Made by a program: the position numbers and the translations under genes. A stretch of 64,000 nucleotides of DNA from Octopus sinensis (Eukaryota): NCBI RefSeq assembly GCF_006345805.1, contig NC_043010.1:42718001-42782000 (forward strand). The letters are read 5' to 3'. The first letter of the stretch is position 1, and each line of letters opens with the position of its first letter. Shown here piece after piece: positions 37,972 to 50,755 of this stretch. The notes below the pieces were generated by a model that saw only the letters and a program-made list of their open reading frames with translations, was not told the DNA's origin and searched no databases.

Positions 37972-38554
37972 CTGTACTATCTCCCAAATTGGTTTAGATG
38001 TCAGCTATTCACAATGGTCTTTATATAGTACTCAAGCTTAGAAAGAGTTACTAGGTACTGGTAACTTCACTCATTGGGTAATTCTGTGTTCCTATTCAGA
38101 ATTTAAAATAATCCATAGAGTATTTAATAACATTGATAACGAAGAGGTAAGTGGAGATTTTATTTACATCCAAAAATTTCTTTAAGTTTTCTACAGCATA
38201 TTCGTCTGACCTACATATGCAACGACTGCACATTGCATTGCATGCAATAGATATCTCTAGCAAATGGAGTGGTATATAATTCCTTTTGGAAAACAAATAA
38301 TTTCCAGTATACCTAAACTGTGGAGGTGCATGGCTTAATGATCATAAGATTGTGGTTTTGATTCCTGGACGGGGTGATGCATTGTGTTCTTGAGCAAAAC
38401 ACTTCATTTCGCATTGCCCCAGTCCATTCAGCTGGTAAAAATGAATAATCCTACAACAGATCGCCGTCCTATCCAGGTGGGGAATATATATGCCACTGAA
38501 ACTAGGAAACCGGTCCTTATGAGCCTGGCATGGTTCAAGAAGGAAAAAAAATAT

Positions 38555-38700
38555 AATCTAAATTGTTCTATTCGGGATTGGCTAAACATTTTCCAAAAGA
38601 CAGTAAATATTATAGAGTATTTAATAAACATAGAATTAGACTAACATTTTCTAATAGCAGAAATCTTGCACAAATTATAGCAGCACACAACGTGAGTGGA
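38555..38700 (+). mobile_element. Penelope-like fragment
   Basis: LAKHFPKDSKYYRVFNKHRIRLTFSNSRNLAQIIAAHN. Confidence 0.6.
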
Positions 38701-39508
38701 TTAAACAGTTTCCATATATACAATAACAATAGTAACCAGAATAATAAGTATAGGTCAATAAATAGCAACAATGTCAACATTTATTTGTATAAATGTTAGA
38801 AGTTCACAATAATCCTTCATTATCTGCTGTTCAGATACCAGATTTCAAGCTATGTTAACTAATTTTCAGATTCATGCTAACATATTCTGTAAGTCTTCTT
38901 CATGCTGGCCCTACACAAAAAATTACATTTCCTTAAAGAAATATTGGTTATCAGGAGACCTGCAGCTACCAAATTTGTAGGATGGTGGCCTACGAGCTGG
39001 AAGGTTAATGGCTGCTGTTCCACTGAGACTCAAAAAAACTTCTAAACTTTCAATAGCCCAGTCCAACTGAATTATGTGATACTCACTGCATTCAAATAGA
39101 GTTGTTTTGTTAGTTTAAATTACTAAATTGTCTTTCTTTTAGGCAGAAACCAATATTAAATCATAAGTTCCTTCATCTTTTGGTGCTTTTGGATCATCCC
39201 TGAAAGTCTCAGTTTCATGTACGGTATAAGTATATCAATCTAAAAATACCTTCCTTCTAAAGGTCTTAGATACCAGTCAGGAATAAGATGTGCAAAGCAG
39301 TAACTAAAGACCAGAATTTTCAAACCTCAGATCCAGTTTACAAAGAAGAATAATTTCATCATTACAAGTTCTGTCATACAACTCTTTTAGGAAATAAATT
39401 CAAACCTTTTCTATACAGCACTTCTCTTTCCATAACAAGTGTTCTTAATATGTCAATAGAAGATGAATTTACATACAGAGAAATCTGAATCCTTTTTTAT
39501 ATGCTTAC

Positions 39509-40100
39509 CAGTGGTTCTTAGCCATTTTTCATCTATGGACCCCTTTGATAACTATTTTATTCTGGTGGGCCCCCATTGCCATTTGATGTGTAAAAACTAG
39601 TTATATAAATGCCTATTTCTTTACTATCCACAAGGGGCTAAACACAGAGGAGACAAACAAAGACAGACAGACGGATTAAGTTGATTATATCGACCCCAGT
39701 GCGTAACTGGTACTTAATTTATCAACCCTGAAAGGATGTAAGGCAAAGTTGACCTCGGCGGAATTTGAACTCAGAACGTAATGGCAGACGAAATACGGCT
39801 ACGCATTTCGCCAGCCGTGCTAACGTTTCTGCCAGCTCGCCGCCTTGAAGCTAGTTATATAGATACTGCTTTCAAAATTGCTACTTTGTTATTCACACAA
39901 TAATTTGCATAAGCTGAATTATGTATAGTGTTAGAGAAAGAAACCTAGCTGTTTCTTGCAATAGATACATTCAAATCAAAACTTTACATGGAAACTTAAG
40001 ATATTACAGTCAATCTCCAATTTACTATTTTGCTAGTGTGGATGCCCAAAAGCTTATATGGACCTACAGGGGTCATATGGACCCTGGTTGAAGACCACTG
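39509..40100. mobile_element. hAT-type MITE (family of 17414-17753) carrying a family-D SINE at 39608-39850 (-)
   Basis: CAGTGGTTC..GACCACTG termini; SINE flanked by TSD CTAGTTATATA (39597-39607, 39851-39861). Confidence 0.8.
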
Positions 40101-40209
40101 GTTTAAACTCAGCTGATCTGGTTCAGCAAAGTTTTATCTCATTAAAACTTGTTCCAGTGTCTTGGTGAACATACCCCACAACATAATTCAACGAAATAGT
40201 ACATTAACT

Positions 40210-40845
40210 CAATTTTATTTGATACCTGTCGAAGTAAATAATAATGGTACTAGTAATTATGAGATGGTTGAGCTCAGTTGATACCACCGATCGCAATGCT
40301 TCACTAGTACTATATTTTATCAACCTGAAAAGGCAAACTTGACTTTGATAGTGTTTGAACTCATAACAGCCAGGAGAATTTCCACAAAGAATTTTTTCCC
40401 TACTACTACTACTAATAATGATGATGATGATGATTTCAAATTTTAGCACAAGGCCAGCAATTTCAGGGGATGGGATAAGTTGATTACATTGACTCCAGTG
40501 CTTAACTGGTACTTATTTTACCGACCATGAAAGGCAAAAATCAGCTTTGGTGGAATTTGAACTCAGAACATAAAGACAGGCAAAATGCTGCCAAGCATTT
40601 TGCCTGGAGCAGTAACGATTCTGCCGGTTCACTACCTTTATAATAATGGTTTCAAATTTTGCCACAAGGGCAGCAATTTGGGGGGAGGGGATGAGCGAAT
40701 TACATGAACCCCAATGTTCAACTGGTACTTATTTTATCAACCCCAAAAGTCAACCTCAGCAGAATTCAAACTTAGAACATAGCGACAGGCAAAATACTAA
40801 GAATTTTGTCCGGCACACTAACGATTCTGCCAGCTTGCCACCTTA
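40210..40845 (-). mobile_element. Cluster of older family-D SINE copies (also ~42055-42225, ~42565-42770, ~5985-6180)
   Basis: Repeated GAAAGGCAAA..TTTGAACTCAGAAC..TTCTGCCAGC. Confidence 0.7.
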
Positions 40846-41316
40846 ATAATAATGAAATTATTCGCTAAAATTTTCTTTTAAAGACTCAATAAGCATAAAT
40901 TTATAATTCCAGTATATGCCAATATTATTTATATGACAATTTACAATTTTGTATTGATTTCACACAAACGTAAGTTTTAGAGGTGAGAAGTTACTTCTAC
41001 ACAATTTAAAAAAGAAAATATTTTTAATCTTTTAATCAAGAAGAAAAGTAGTATCCATAAGCCATTACAGGGCTTCTAAAACTGGAGGGAAAGGGAGAGG
41101 ACAGTGTCCTCAAAGCAGAGACCTGACCTGAATGCTTGCAACAGGGTGGACACCACTAAAGGCACCCATGATGGTAGGTTAGTGTTAAACTAGTCTATCA
41201 GTCTCATTTTCCAGACTTGTTAGAAATAGCAGCTAAATTTCCTTTGAAACATACCCTACTATTTTAGGTGAGAAACAACACATTAGATAGCAAAGTCCTA
41301 AGTCATTTACGTCTGA

Positions 41317-41352
<36 letters not shown>

Positions 41353-44027
41353 TAGAATGGTTACAACTGAAACGTCTTTGACCATAGGTCTTTCCAACCA
41401 GGGTTAAACAAAGATAGTAATATCATAGCTGAAGCGAAGTGACTTAACCTGAAACAGCCCAAGCATTGTTGGCTTAACTTGTGTTCTCATTTTGCACAAA
41501 GAAACTACACTGAAGCACATTTCATTAGCATATGCAACAAAGATCATACTATTAACATATACAATATGAATCAACTCATTGAAAACCAACAGAAGCTATT
41601 CATAAACATTTCCACCTTACAATGCAATCATGTAGTTATCAACTGAATATCTCAATAGCTACCAACTTAAAAAAAAAATACATACAAGCAGTACTAACAG
41701 AAGTCTGGCTGTTTGAAACTTTTTTTTTTTTAGGATTAAATTATTGTTGCTAACTTTTTATATAATATCAAATAACAAAAAAGGGTGAATAAGTAACCAA
41801 AGAAAACTTCAAAGAGTTGATCTTTTTTCAAATTTAAATACATGTAATCTTATAATTACATGTATATTACCAATCTCTTTCAAGAGGACAAGAACACATC
41901 ATTGAATCAAATACAGTTCATGCCCAACACTTGGTTCAAAAGGATTTCAACCGAAATATAAACAAAAATAGTGTCAGAAATTCTGCCACAGAGCTCTACT
42001 AATTTTAGTACTACACTACTATCCAATGATTATTAATAATAATAATAATAATCCTGAAATTGTGTGTGGAAGGGGCTAGTTGATTACATCAACTCCAGTG
42101 TTCATCAACCTCAAAAAGATGAAAGGCAAAAATCAACCTCAGAGGTATTTGAACTCAGAATGTAAATTTGAATAAAATGCTAAGTGTTTCGTCCAGTATG
42201 TTAATGAATCTGCCAGCTTGCCACAACTGATGGACTCTCCCGTTGAAGACAATGTATGAGCATTCAGCCTTTGCCGGATAACCTGCACAAATGATTTGTT
42301 TATAGTGATCAAATGTTCATGCTGCACATTAGCTCACTCCCTCCATCAAATCAAGGTTGTCTGAACAGGTGCACTGTGTACCATGCATCAGGTGTTGAAG
42401 TAATTGCAGAGCAATGCAAGATGAAGTGTTTTACTCAAGAACACAACACACCACCCGGTCTAGGAAATGAAATCACGATTGCTAGATTGTGAGTGCAACA
42501 CCCTCCCTAACCAATAGGCCATGTGCCCTCTACTACTACTACTAATAATAATAATAATAATAATAATTTCAAATTTTAGCATAAAGCTAGCAACTTCAAG
42601 GAAGGGGATAAATCGAATACATCAACCCATGTTAATCTGGTACTTTATCAACTCTGGAAGGATGAAAGGCAAAGTCAACCTCGACAGAATTTGAACTCAG
42701 AACATAAAAACAGACAAATTGCCATTAAGCATTTTGCCCAGCATGCTAACAATTCTGCCAGCTTACTCCTTTAATGATAATACTTGTTACAACCTATCCA
42801 ACTGATCATATCACAAACAGTGAAAGAAAGATATCACAAATTTTAGAATCACTTAAAATATTTATTAAGGGTTAGAAAAATTAAGGTTTTTAGAAAAAAT
42901 ATATGGGAGTCTACATTTCATCATAGCAACCAAAACACCCACAGATTTTACAACTAAAAAATTATCACAAAAATGTAATTGTAATAAGACTGGAATATTT
43001 ATAAGTCAAATGTAATTTACATAAAAATAATAAATTTCATCATAACACATTTCACCATTTGACTCCTTTAGAAAACAAATTTGAGCTTCTATGCAATATT
43101 CTTTACTAGTAAGTACTCTCTGTATGCCAATAAATGATAGACTTAAAAAAGTCATTCAAACTTGTGTGTTTAAACTAACCCGATTTGGCTCGGAATGTGA
43201 ACTTCCCTTCTGTCATTATCCCTTTTGTTGCCATATTTCTGTTGAAGTACAGTGTTTTTCTTTCAATTAAGTTTGCAAATAATGAAGAATATATCAAAGT
43301 AAATTTGTAATTATTAAACTGATGATTGGAACATAAATTAACATGAAATTTTTATAGAAAGCTTTTAGATCACTTTAAAACAGGAAGTTTGTGCCATAAA
43401 ACGAAAGATGGAATCAGGCAGTTTGGTCTTAAAAGGGTTAAAACTTATTCCAATATCTCATTGAACATTTGTACAAACAATTCAACCAGTAGCTTTTTAA
43501 CTGTTATTTATCTTTTGATTTAGGCCCAGCAATTTTGAGGAAAGGGAGTTAGTTGACACCATCAACCTCAGAACTTGAATGGTACTATAGGAGGAATGAC
43601 AGTTGACCATAGCAATCTGTTTTGTCTTAGCAAGAGTACTAGACAAGTTTATGATTCCAGTTTCACAGTGTTGGTTATTTTTTTATATTTTCATTGCTGA
43701 CATGGTATTACGAAGTTGTGCTGTAATTACAAAGAAAAAAAAAGTAATATCTTCACTAAGGATCAAGAGAAATTTAAATCCTTGATCTCTGCAGCCAATT
43801 TATAGTTACCAACAAATTCAAAGAAGTGCTAAAAAACATTCACTAAAAATAGATGCACAGCATAAATACTAAACTCTAATGAGACCCAGTTTGCTGTGAC
43901 AAGAGAAGCACTATGTGTATTGAGTAAATGGTCTTCAATTTCTATTGGGTTTTGGCTATTCATAAAAGTTATCTACTTACTAAAAAAAAATCCATATGTA
44001 CAGTTAGCTCAAGAAGCTAGCCCATTG

Positions 44028-44105
44028 TGTTACATAATATATGTTACTAAAAATATTTAAGACTGAGTTGTTACATAATATATGTTACTAAAATATTTAA
44101 GGCTG
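44028..44105. repeat. Two-copy tandem repeat, 41-bp unit
   Basis: TGTTACATAATATATGTTACTAAAA at 44028 and 44069. Confidence 0.85.
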
Positions 44106-44549
44106 ATTTGATTATATAGATATTTCTCCACAATATGGTGAAAGCAATCTTTGAATTTGTAGCATTCTGATACTAATGGATTTCAAGATCAATATAAATA
44201 ATAAATAGAAAGATTGCATTATCACACTTCAAAAATTTCATTATGTACATGCCATTAAAAGGATACAAAATGTGACTGTACTAGGTTAGAAAGACAAGTT
44301 ATTTAGAATAGAAAAATTAACACTACAAGGATAAGACAGAATTGTAAACAGTAATCAAATATTTTATTAATAAAAATATAAATAAGTAGTAATGTTTGAC
44401 GACTATATCTGCTACATTGATACAGATAGTGCTGAAACTTTAGAATGAGGCGTGGGGATGGACTATTTCTGCAGTGTGCCAACAGATGGAAGCACATGGT
44501 TGCATGCACAGTGAGAGCTAGCAGTGACTTTCATGAGGCAGTGTGCTGA

Positions 44550-45302
44550 GTGACATCACTGTTTACTTTGCAGGTTGTGAAATGTGTTGTGATCACATGT
44601 TTGCTGTAGTCTGCAATTTTTGTCAAGGACAGGAAGATGGAACAAAGAGCCAATGTGAAATTTTGCATTAAACTTGGGAAGTCTGCTACAGGGACATTGA
44701 GCAGGCTTCAGCAAGCTTACAGCAACAAGGCAATGGGTCGTACACAATGTTTTGGGTGGCACAGGCACTTCAAAAGGCACAACAAAGCCGCAGTTCAACC
44801 AAGAACATGCTCGTGTTTTTCAACATCCGCAGTATTGTGCATCAAGAATTTGTCCCCCAGGGCCAGACTGTAAATCAAGTTCTGCTGTGCTGTTTTGAAG
44901 TGTTTGCAGGAAGACATTCGGCAAAAGCAACCAGATCTGTGGAGCATGAAGAACTGAATTCTTCACAATGACAATGCACCCCATCACCAAGCTCTCCTCA
45001 CTCATGAGTTTCTTGCCAAAAAACATGCCATCACTTCCGCACCCACCCTATTTGCCAGATTTAGCACCTGTGGACTTCCATCTCTTCCCCAAGATGAAAA
45101 TTCAGCTCAAAGGTCACTGTTTTAACACCCGTTGTCAAGATCACTTATGGAAAATGACTTCCAGACCAGATTCTAAAAGTAACAGGAACACTGGAAGCTG
45201 TTTATTGCTGTGCAAGATGACTATTTCGAAGATGTTAAAACTTAGGTAAATAAGTTATTTTTTTACCAAACTAATCCAGGAACTTTTTGATACCAACTTG
45301 TA
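44550..45302 (+). mobile_element. Internally deleted mariner element
   Basis: MEQRANVKFCIKLGKSA.. HTH region; EFVPQGQTVN; HNDNAP; PPYLPDLAPVDFHLFPKMK. Confidence 0.88.
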
Positions 45303-46075
45303 CAACTCTGTATCAATAGTCTGCAGCTGATATACAAAATCTCAAAATGGATGAATCTATGACTTGGTTTAATTCTTATTTGGACCGACTTACTGATATA
45401 TTATTCACATTCTTGAAAATACCACACTCACTAAACATTTCAGAATTTAAACCTTACTGAGAAAACCCAAACTGCTCAACAAAATCTACTCCAAAATTTC
45501 AAGTTAAATTTTACTTATACCTAAACAAAATTTTTAAGATCCTGCATGAAATTGTCATACCAAAAACTATATCATTTTGATACACTATGCAAAACCTGAT
45601 CAAGAAATATTTTTCACATAAAGAGTCTCCTCAAAGTTATTCAAATGAAGATTATTGATTATACTTCTACATATTTGACATTCATTTTTCTTTTTACAGA
45701 TTTCAGCCCATAACCAAACACCATGTTAAACATAAATACAAAGTCATTAAGATTACAGCTCAAAGAATAATTACTATTATCTTCTGAAGCATGGCCCCAA
45801 TGATTTTAGGTTATTTAAAACAGTTGCATGAAGTAGAAACAGATATATAGTTTAAAATGGGAGTCCACCCACTACTTGATTTTTCTTAATTTTAATGCTA
45901 GTGCAATTATCTATAATGGATATTTGACCCAAAAATGATATACAATTTCTTTTTCACTCTGTAAGTTTTATTTTTCTTGATTTCGTTGTCTTTTTAACAA
46001 TAAAAACTTTTCAATATTCCTCTATTCTCACCTTCAGATTACTTAACCACCATTACCTGATATATTATATATATT

Positions 46076-46472
46076 ACTAGCAGTATCGCCCGGCGTTGCT
46101 CGGGTTTGTAAGGGAAATAACTATATAAGCATTTTTAGAGATGTAAAGTATAATAGCCATCTCAATATGGCTAACCACAAAGGGGAGGGGTGTTACTGTA
46201 GCTTTTTACGTTCTGAGATTTAATAAATTTTTAGAGAGTTACTTCCCTTATATATGCCAAAAATGCATTAAAAATGGGAAAAATTGATGGTAAATTCTTT
46301 TTAAAATCGTAGACTTATCGTAGACGCGCGCTAGTACCCACAAGTGCTCGATATGAATCACGACTATAAGATACCCGGTTTTGGTTAAACTGCACCGCAA
46401 AATGTGGGAGTAGTTAAGAATCTAAATCGTAGGAGACAGACAGCACACAACCTCTCTTTTATATATAAAGAT
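46076..46472 (+). mobile_element. Helitron/Helentron-type non-autonomous element
   Basis: ACTAGCAGTATCGCCCGGCGTTGCTCGGG start (CCCG/CGGG hairpin), end TTTTATATATAAAGAT. Confidence 0.6.
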
Positions 46473-47460
46473 ATATGCAATTTTCATCTTATTTATATTT
46501 TGGTTAGATTTTATTCTGGTGAGGCTTTTGTAGAGCAAAGTGTAACTTTTGTTCTGACTTTGCATTATTAAAGAGCAAAGCAAAAGAGTTGAATTTTAAA
46601 TCTACAACCTTAAGAAATGTTGCAACAAGATAGCCATTAAATGACTAACAAGGTTTCTGAGAACACAACCATTTACAGCATTGTACCCATCTCATAACCA
46701 AAAGCTAGATAGATATTAGTCAAGCAGAAAGTCAATACCTATTAATTCAACTCACATACATGATTAATCATTAGATAACAAGAGCATTAGCAATATTCTT
46801 GCAAAGCTACTACTGAAAATATAGAAGTTCATTCAAGACATCTCAAAACTTTGGCAAACTTGGAAAAGTATAGCAGCGACCAAAAGATAGCAGCCAAGAT
46901 TTGAAGTATATTTCATATTTCAAAACAGAATATACTATTTATATTACTCTAATCCTCTAGGCAATGCTGATAAAAATTAAGTAATGATAGAAAAGCAAAA
47001 CATTAGGTTCAAAACTGAAGAGAATTGCACCTTTTCAAATGTTTAAAATTAAAATGATACACTGACATCTTACTCATAACTTCTTTACCAACCTAATCAT
47101 GTAAAAGTGACTATAAATCAGATGACACAACAAAAGTTTACGAGAAATTTAAGCACCAATATCTTAGTGAACGGAGCTCTCTATAAGGATTCAAATTTTG
47201 AAATGCTGTTATAACATTAGATATTTGTCAAGGATATTATCAGTTACTAGTTCATCTAATATTTTCATACAGAAATAAGCTGTTATACTTCGTAATTTGC
47301 ATATGAAAGTGACAAAATACTGAATTTCAAGATTAGGGAATACATCTTGATCCAGTTTGAAACAGAATTTTATCACTAAAAGTAATAAAATTAAGGTTAG
47401 AGTTAGTTAAAATTGTAAGATTGAAAAGCTGTTAAATAGCGTAGGAAAAGCTGTTAAATG

Positions 47461-47629
47461 GGCGTAGGAGTGGCTGTGTGGTAAGTAGCTTGCTTACGAA
47501 CCGCATGGTTCTGGGCTCAGTCCCACTGCGTGGCATCTTGGGCAAGTGTCTTCTACTATAGCCTTGGGCCAACCAAAGCCTTGTGAGTGGATTTGGTAGA
47601 TGGAAACTGAAAGAAGCCCGTCATATATA

Positions 47630-47716
<87 letters not shown>

Positions 47717-47925
47717 ATGTTTGTGTGTCTGTGTTTGTCCCCCTAACATCGCTTGACAACCGATGCTGGTGTGTTTACGTCTCCTGTAACTTAGCGGTTC
47801 GGCAAAAGAGACCTAATAGAATAAGTACTAGGCTTACAAAAAGTAAGTCCTGGAGTCGATTTGCTCAACTAAAGGTGGTGCTCCAGCATGGCCACAGTCA
47901 AATGACTGAAACAAGTAAAAGAGTA
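47461..47925 (+). mobile_element. Full-length CORE-like tRNA SINE (family B) with internal (TG)(TA) microsatellite
   Basis: GGCGTAGGAGTGGCTGTGTGGT head, TCTTGGGCAAGTG core-like motif, conserved 3' half. Confidence 0.88.
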
Positions 47926-49286
47926 TAGCTCCATTAGTTTTCCTTAAGATAAGTTAAACTTAATAAAAAGTCATTTTTTTCCCAATCTTCTGACTGCAGA
48001 CACTGAATGCAAAATTTAGGCCACTACAATAAACAACCATCTTTTTTTTTTTTGCAAACCTCTTATGATTTGAAAATTAAAATCTGTGAACAAATTTTGA
48101 AACAGCTAAAATTCAATTGGCAAAAATGACTGTGCAGACTTTGCATGAGACCGGTAAGTGCAGTTACAGAAGAGACAAGGTTTGGGATTGAAAAATTCAA
48201 CTGGTCATCATCTACTGTGACTAAGAACCCAGAAAACAGTAGAGGACTGGATTCTGAAACTTCTGTATAGATGCAACAAATAAACCATGACAATATAAAA
48301 ACTGAATTACCAACAAGCAAGTGATATCTGAAAAAATATCTATAATTTCTATTGTTATAAGAAAACAGAAGTCAGAATGATAGCTATTACGTTAGTGTGT
48401 TAAAACTTTTAGTCAAACAATTCATTCAAGAAAATGCTGAAAAAAAATTAAATAACATTTGCTTTATTTCATCTTTTATATTTTCCATTTCAGGTTAAAA
48501 ATTATAAACAGAATTAATCTTAGATATATTTATTATGTTCTTACAAGTTGTCAACCATTTATAATGCCCCCAACTAACAAGTTTTATCAGTTATGAGAGC
48601 TAAAATGAAAGCAGATCAGAGTCTCTAATGAAAATTCAAACACATCAAGAGAAGACAGCATGAAAATGCTGACACTGTACTGAACAGCAAAGTTCTACAT
48701 AGAAAAGACACATACCAAGCAAAATTAATGAATTAGCTATTATTGCCATCATGGCCTATGTACTCAGTACATACTTCAATACACATGTGTCAGTGTAACA
48801 AAAATAAGCTTTGAGTCTCATTAGCTTATAGAGGAACTATGAAATATCTATAACATCCAGTAAAACAGGAACTATTTATGAATACATGTATAAAGAAGAA
48901 ATCTGCTGCCAAAAGAATATATTCCTGAGAAACAAAAACTAAAATCAACTGTGACACCACTTTATTCCAAAGAATTCCAGAAACATAAACAGTATTCAAG
49001 AGTAACATTACACTTAACAGATGCCTCACGAAAATAAACTCTATCCACAAGTGGCAAAGTTAAAGAACTACACCTGTAATATCTCAGGCATTTGCAGAGA
49101 AATTGATTTACTTAGAGTCAAAATAGAAAAATACTGAAAATATTTGATGACACAAGAAGTATAAAAATTACAAATGGCTAAACACATTTAATGTGTGAAG
49201 GGAAATTACATATCACAGTGGAAACTTAGAAAATTTGAAGAAGCTATATATCACTTTCTGAAATGCAATCATTAATCTTTGTGCTG

Positions 49287-49418
49287 AGGGCATCCAGCTG
49301 TAGAAACTCTGCCAGATCAAGATTGAAGCCTGGTGCAGCCATCTGGTTCGCCAGCCCTCAGTCATACGTCCAACCCATGCTAGCATGGAAAGCGGACGTT
49401 AAACGATGATGATGATGA
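49287..49418 (+). mobile_element. Short RTE 3' UTR copy (family A)
   Basis: GGGCATCCAGCTGTAGAAAC..GGACGTTAAACGATGATGATGATG. Confidence 0.85.
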
Positions 49419-50755
49419 GAGCTGACATAACTAAAATAAAATAGCTTAAATAAGACAATACGTTAATAATAGTATATGCACTGGTGGTTTAGCACAGCAT
49501 TTCTTGAGGGGGGCACCTGTAAGGATTGAAAAGGAGACAGACAAATAGCAAGATGATTTCCAACATTTTAAACTTGTCAAATATCTTGATAAAGAATTAT
49601 ATGCAGGCCATACACTAGTTTGTCATTTCATTAACGAAGAGGACAAGGGATACCAAAAATATTTGGGGAAGGGAAAGCCTAGTATTTGTCAGTTTGATAA
49701 CTATTAGATTAGGATATTAATGCTCTTTGCTTAGAACTAAAGGTTCCGTGTTCATATCCAGTCAGGGGTGGTGCATTTTGATGATTGAGACAGGAATCTG
49801 CAAAATTTAAATTATAATTCATCTCAGAAGTTTAAACAATATTTACCAATAACTGTTGAGTTTGAAATTTGTTCAAGAATTCCTTTAACCTAGAATAATG
49901 ACCTAATGCACGCCTCAAAATCATTCTATATAAAAGCATTTATTAACATTGAACAAGAATATGCAAATATATTTTTGCTCACTGGAAATTTTTTTTCTAA
50001 AATGTGGAAGACATTTCTCCAGATTACTATAGTATTGGAAAGTACAATACAATGGGTTGGATTCTCAAGGAGTTACTTTTTTTAAATACCACAAATGGTT
50101 ACAAAAGATCTAGCAGGATAAATTGATTAAGAATTATCAAATTTTAAAAATGAATGAAACAATGAATTTGTATACAAGATAAAAATATCAAACTTTTTCA
50201 ATAGAATTTCAAAGAAAATATAGAAATATTTTTTATAGAAATCAGATTTGTAGCAAACCTAGATTTATAGAAAAATTGAAAACAAGCAAAAACAAATTTC
50301 CTTTTGTTTTTGAAATAAAAATGCAAAGTGTATAAAAAGTGAAAATAAATATAAACATAAATCCCATTTGATACATATATAACACACACACATACACATA
50401 TACATGCATACACACACACGCATATGTCTGCAATAAATAAATTTAAAGCTGGTCAACATTTGAAAAAGTTTTAAACCAAAAACTTTTTAAAGGTTTTATT
50501 CTTGTTCCAGCAAGGAATTAGAGGAATACTTGAAAAGAGAAGGGAACAATCATAACATTACTCATGAGAGAAAGGGGGTGGAGGGAGAGAGAGCAAGAGA
50601 GGTGGAATGGAAATTGAGGAAACAAAGTAATCAATACAACTGAAAGACTAACTGAGATTTGAGATTGCACTATCAAATTGTATCAACCCAAATCTGTTTA
50701 TGTGACAAACACTCATTACTTCACAACATTAACACCCATTCCCTGCACCAGAAGT

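Noticed and set aside
48063-48320. Possible exon(s) near 48.1 kb (G|GTAAGT at ~48153)
   Set aside because: No recognisable protein and no convincing paired acceptor; such sites arise by chance in AT-rich DNA
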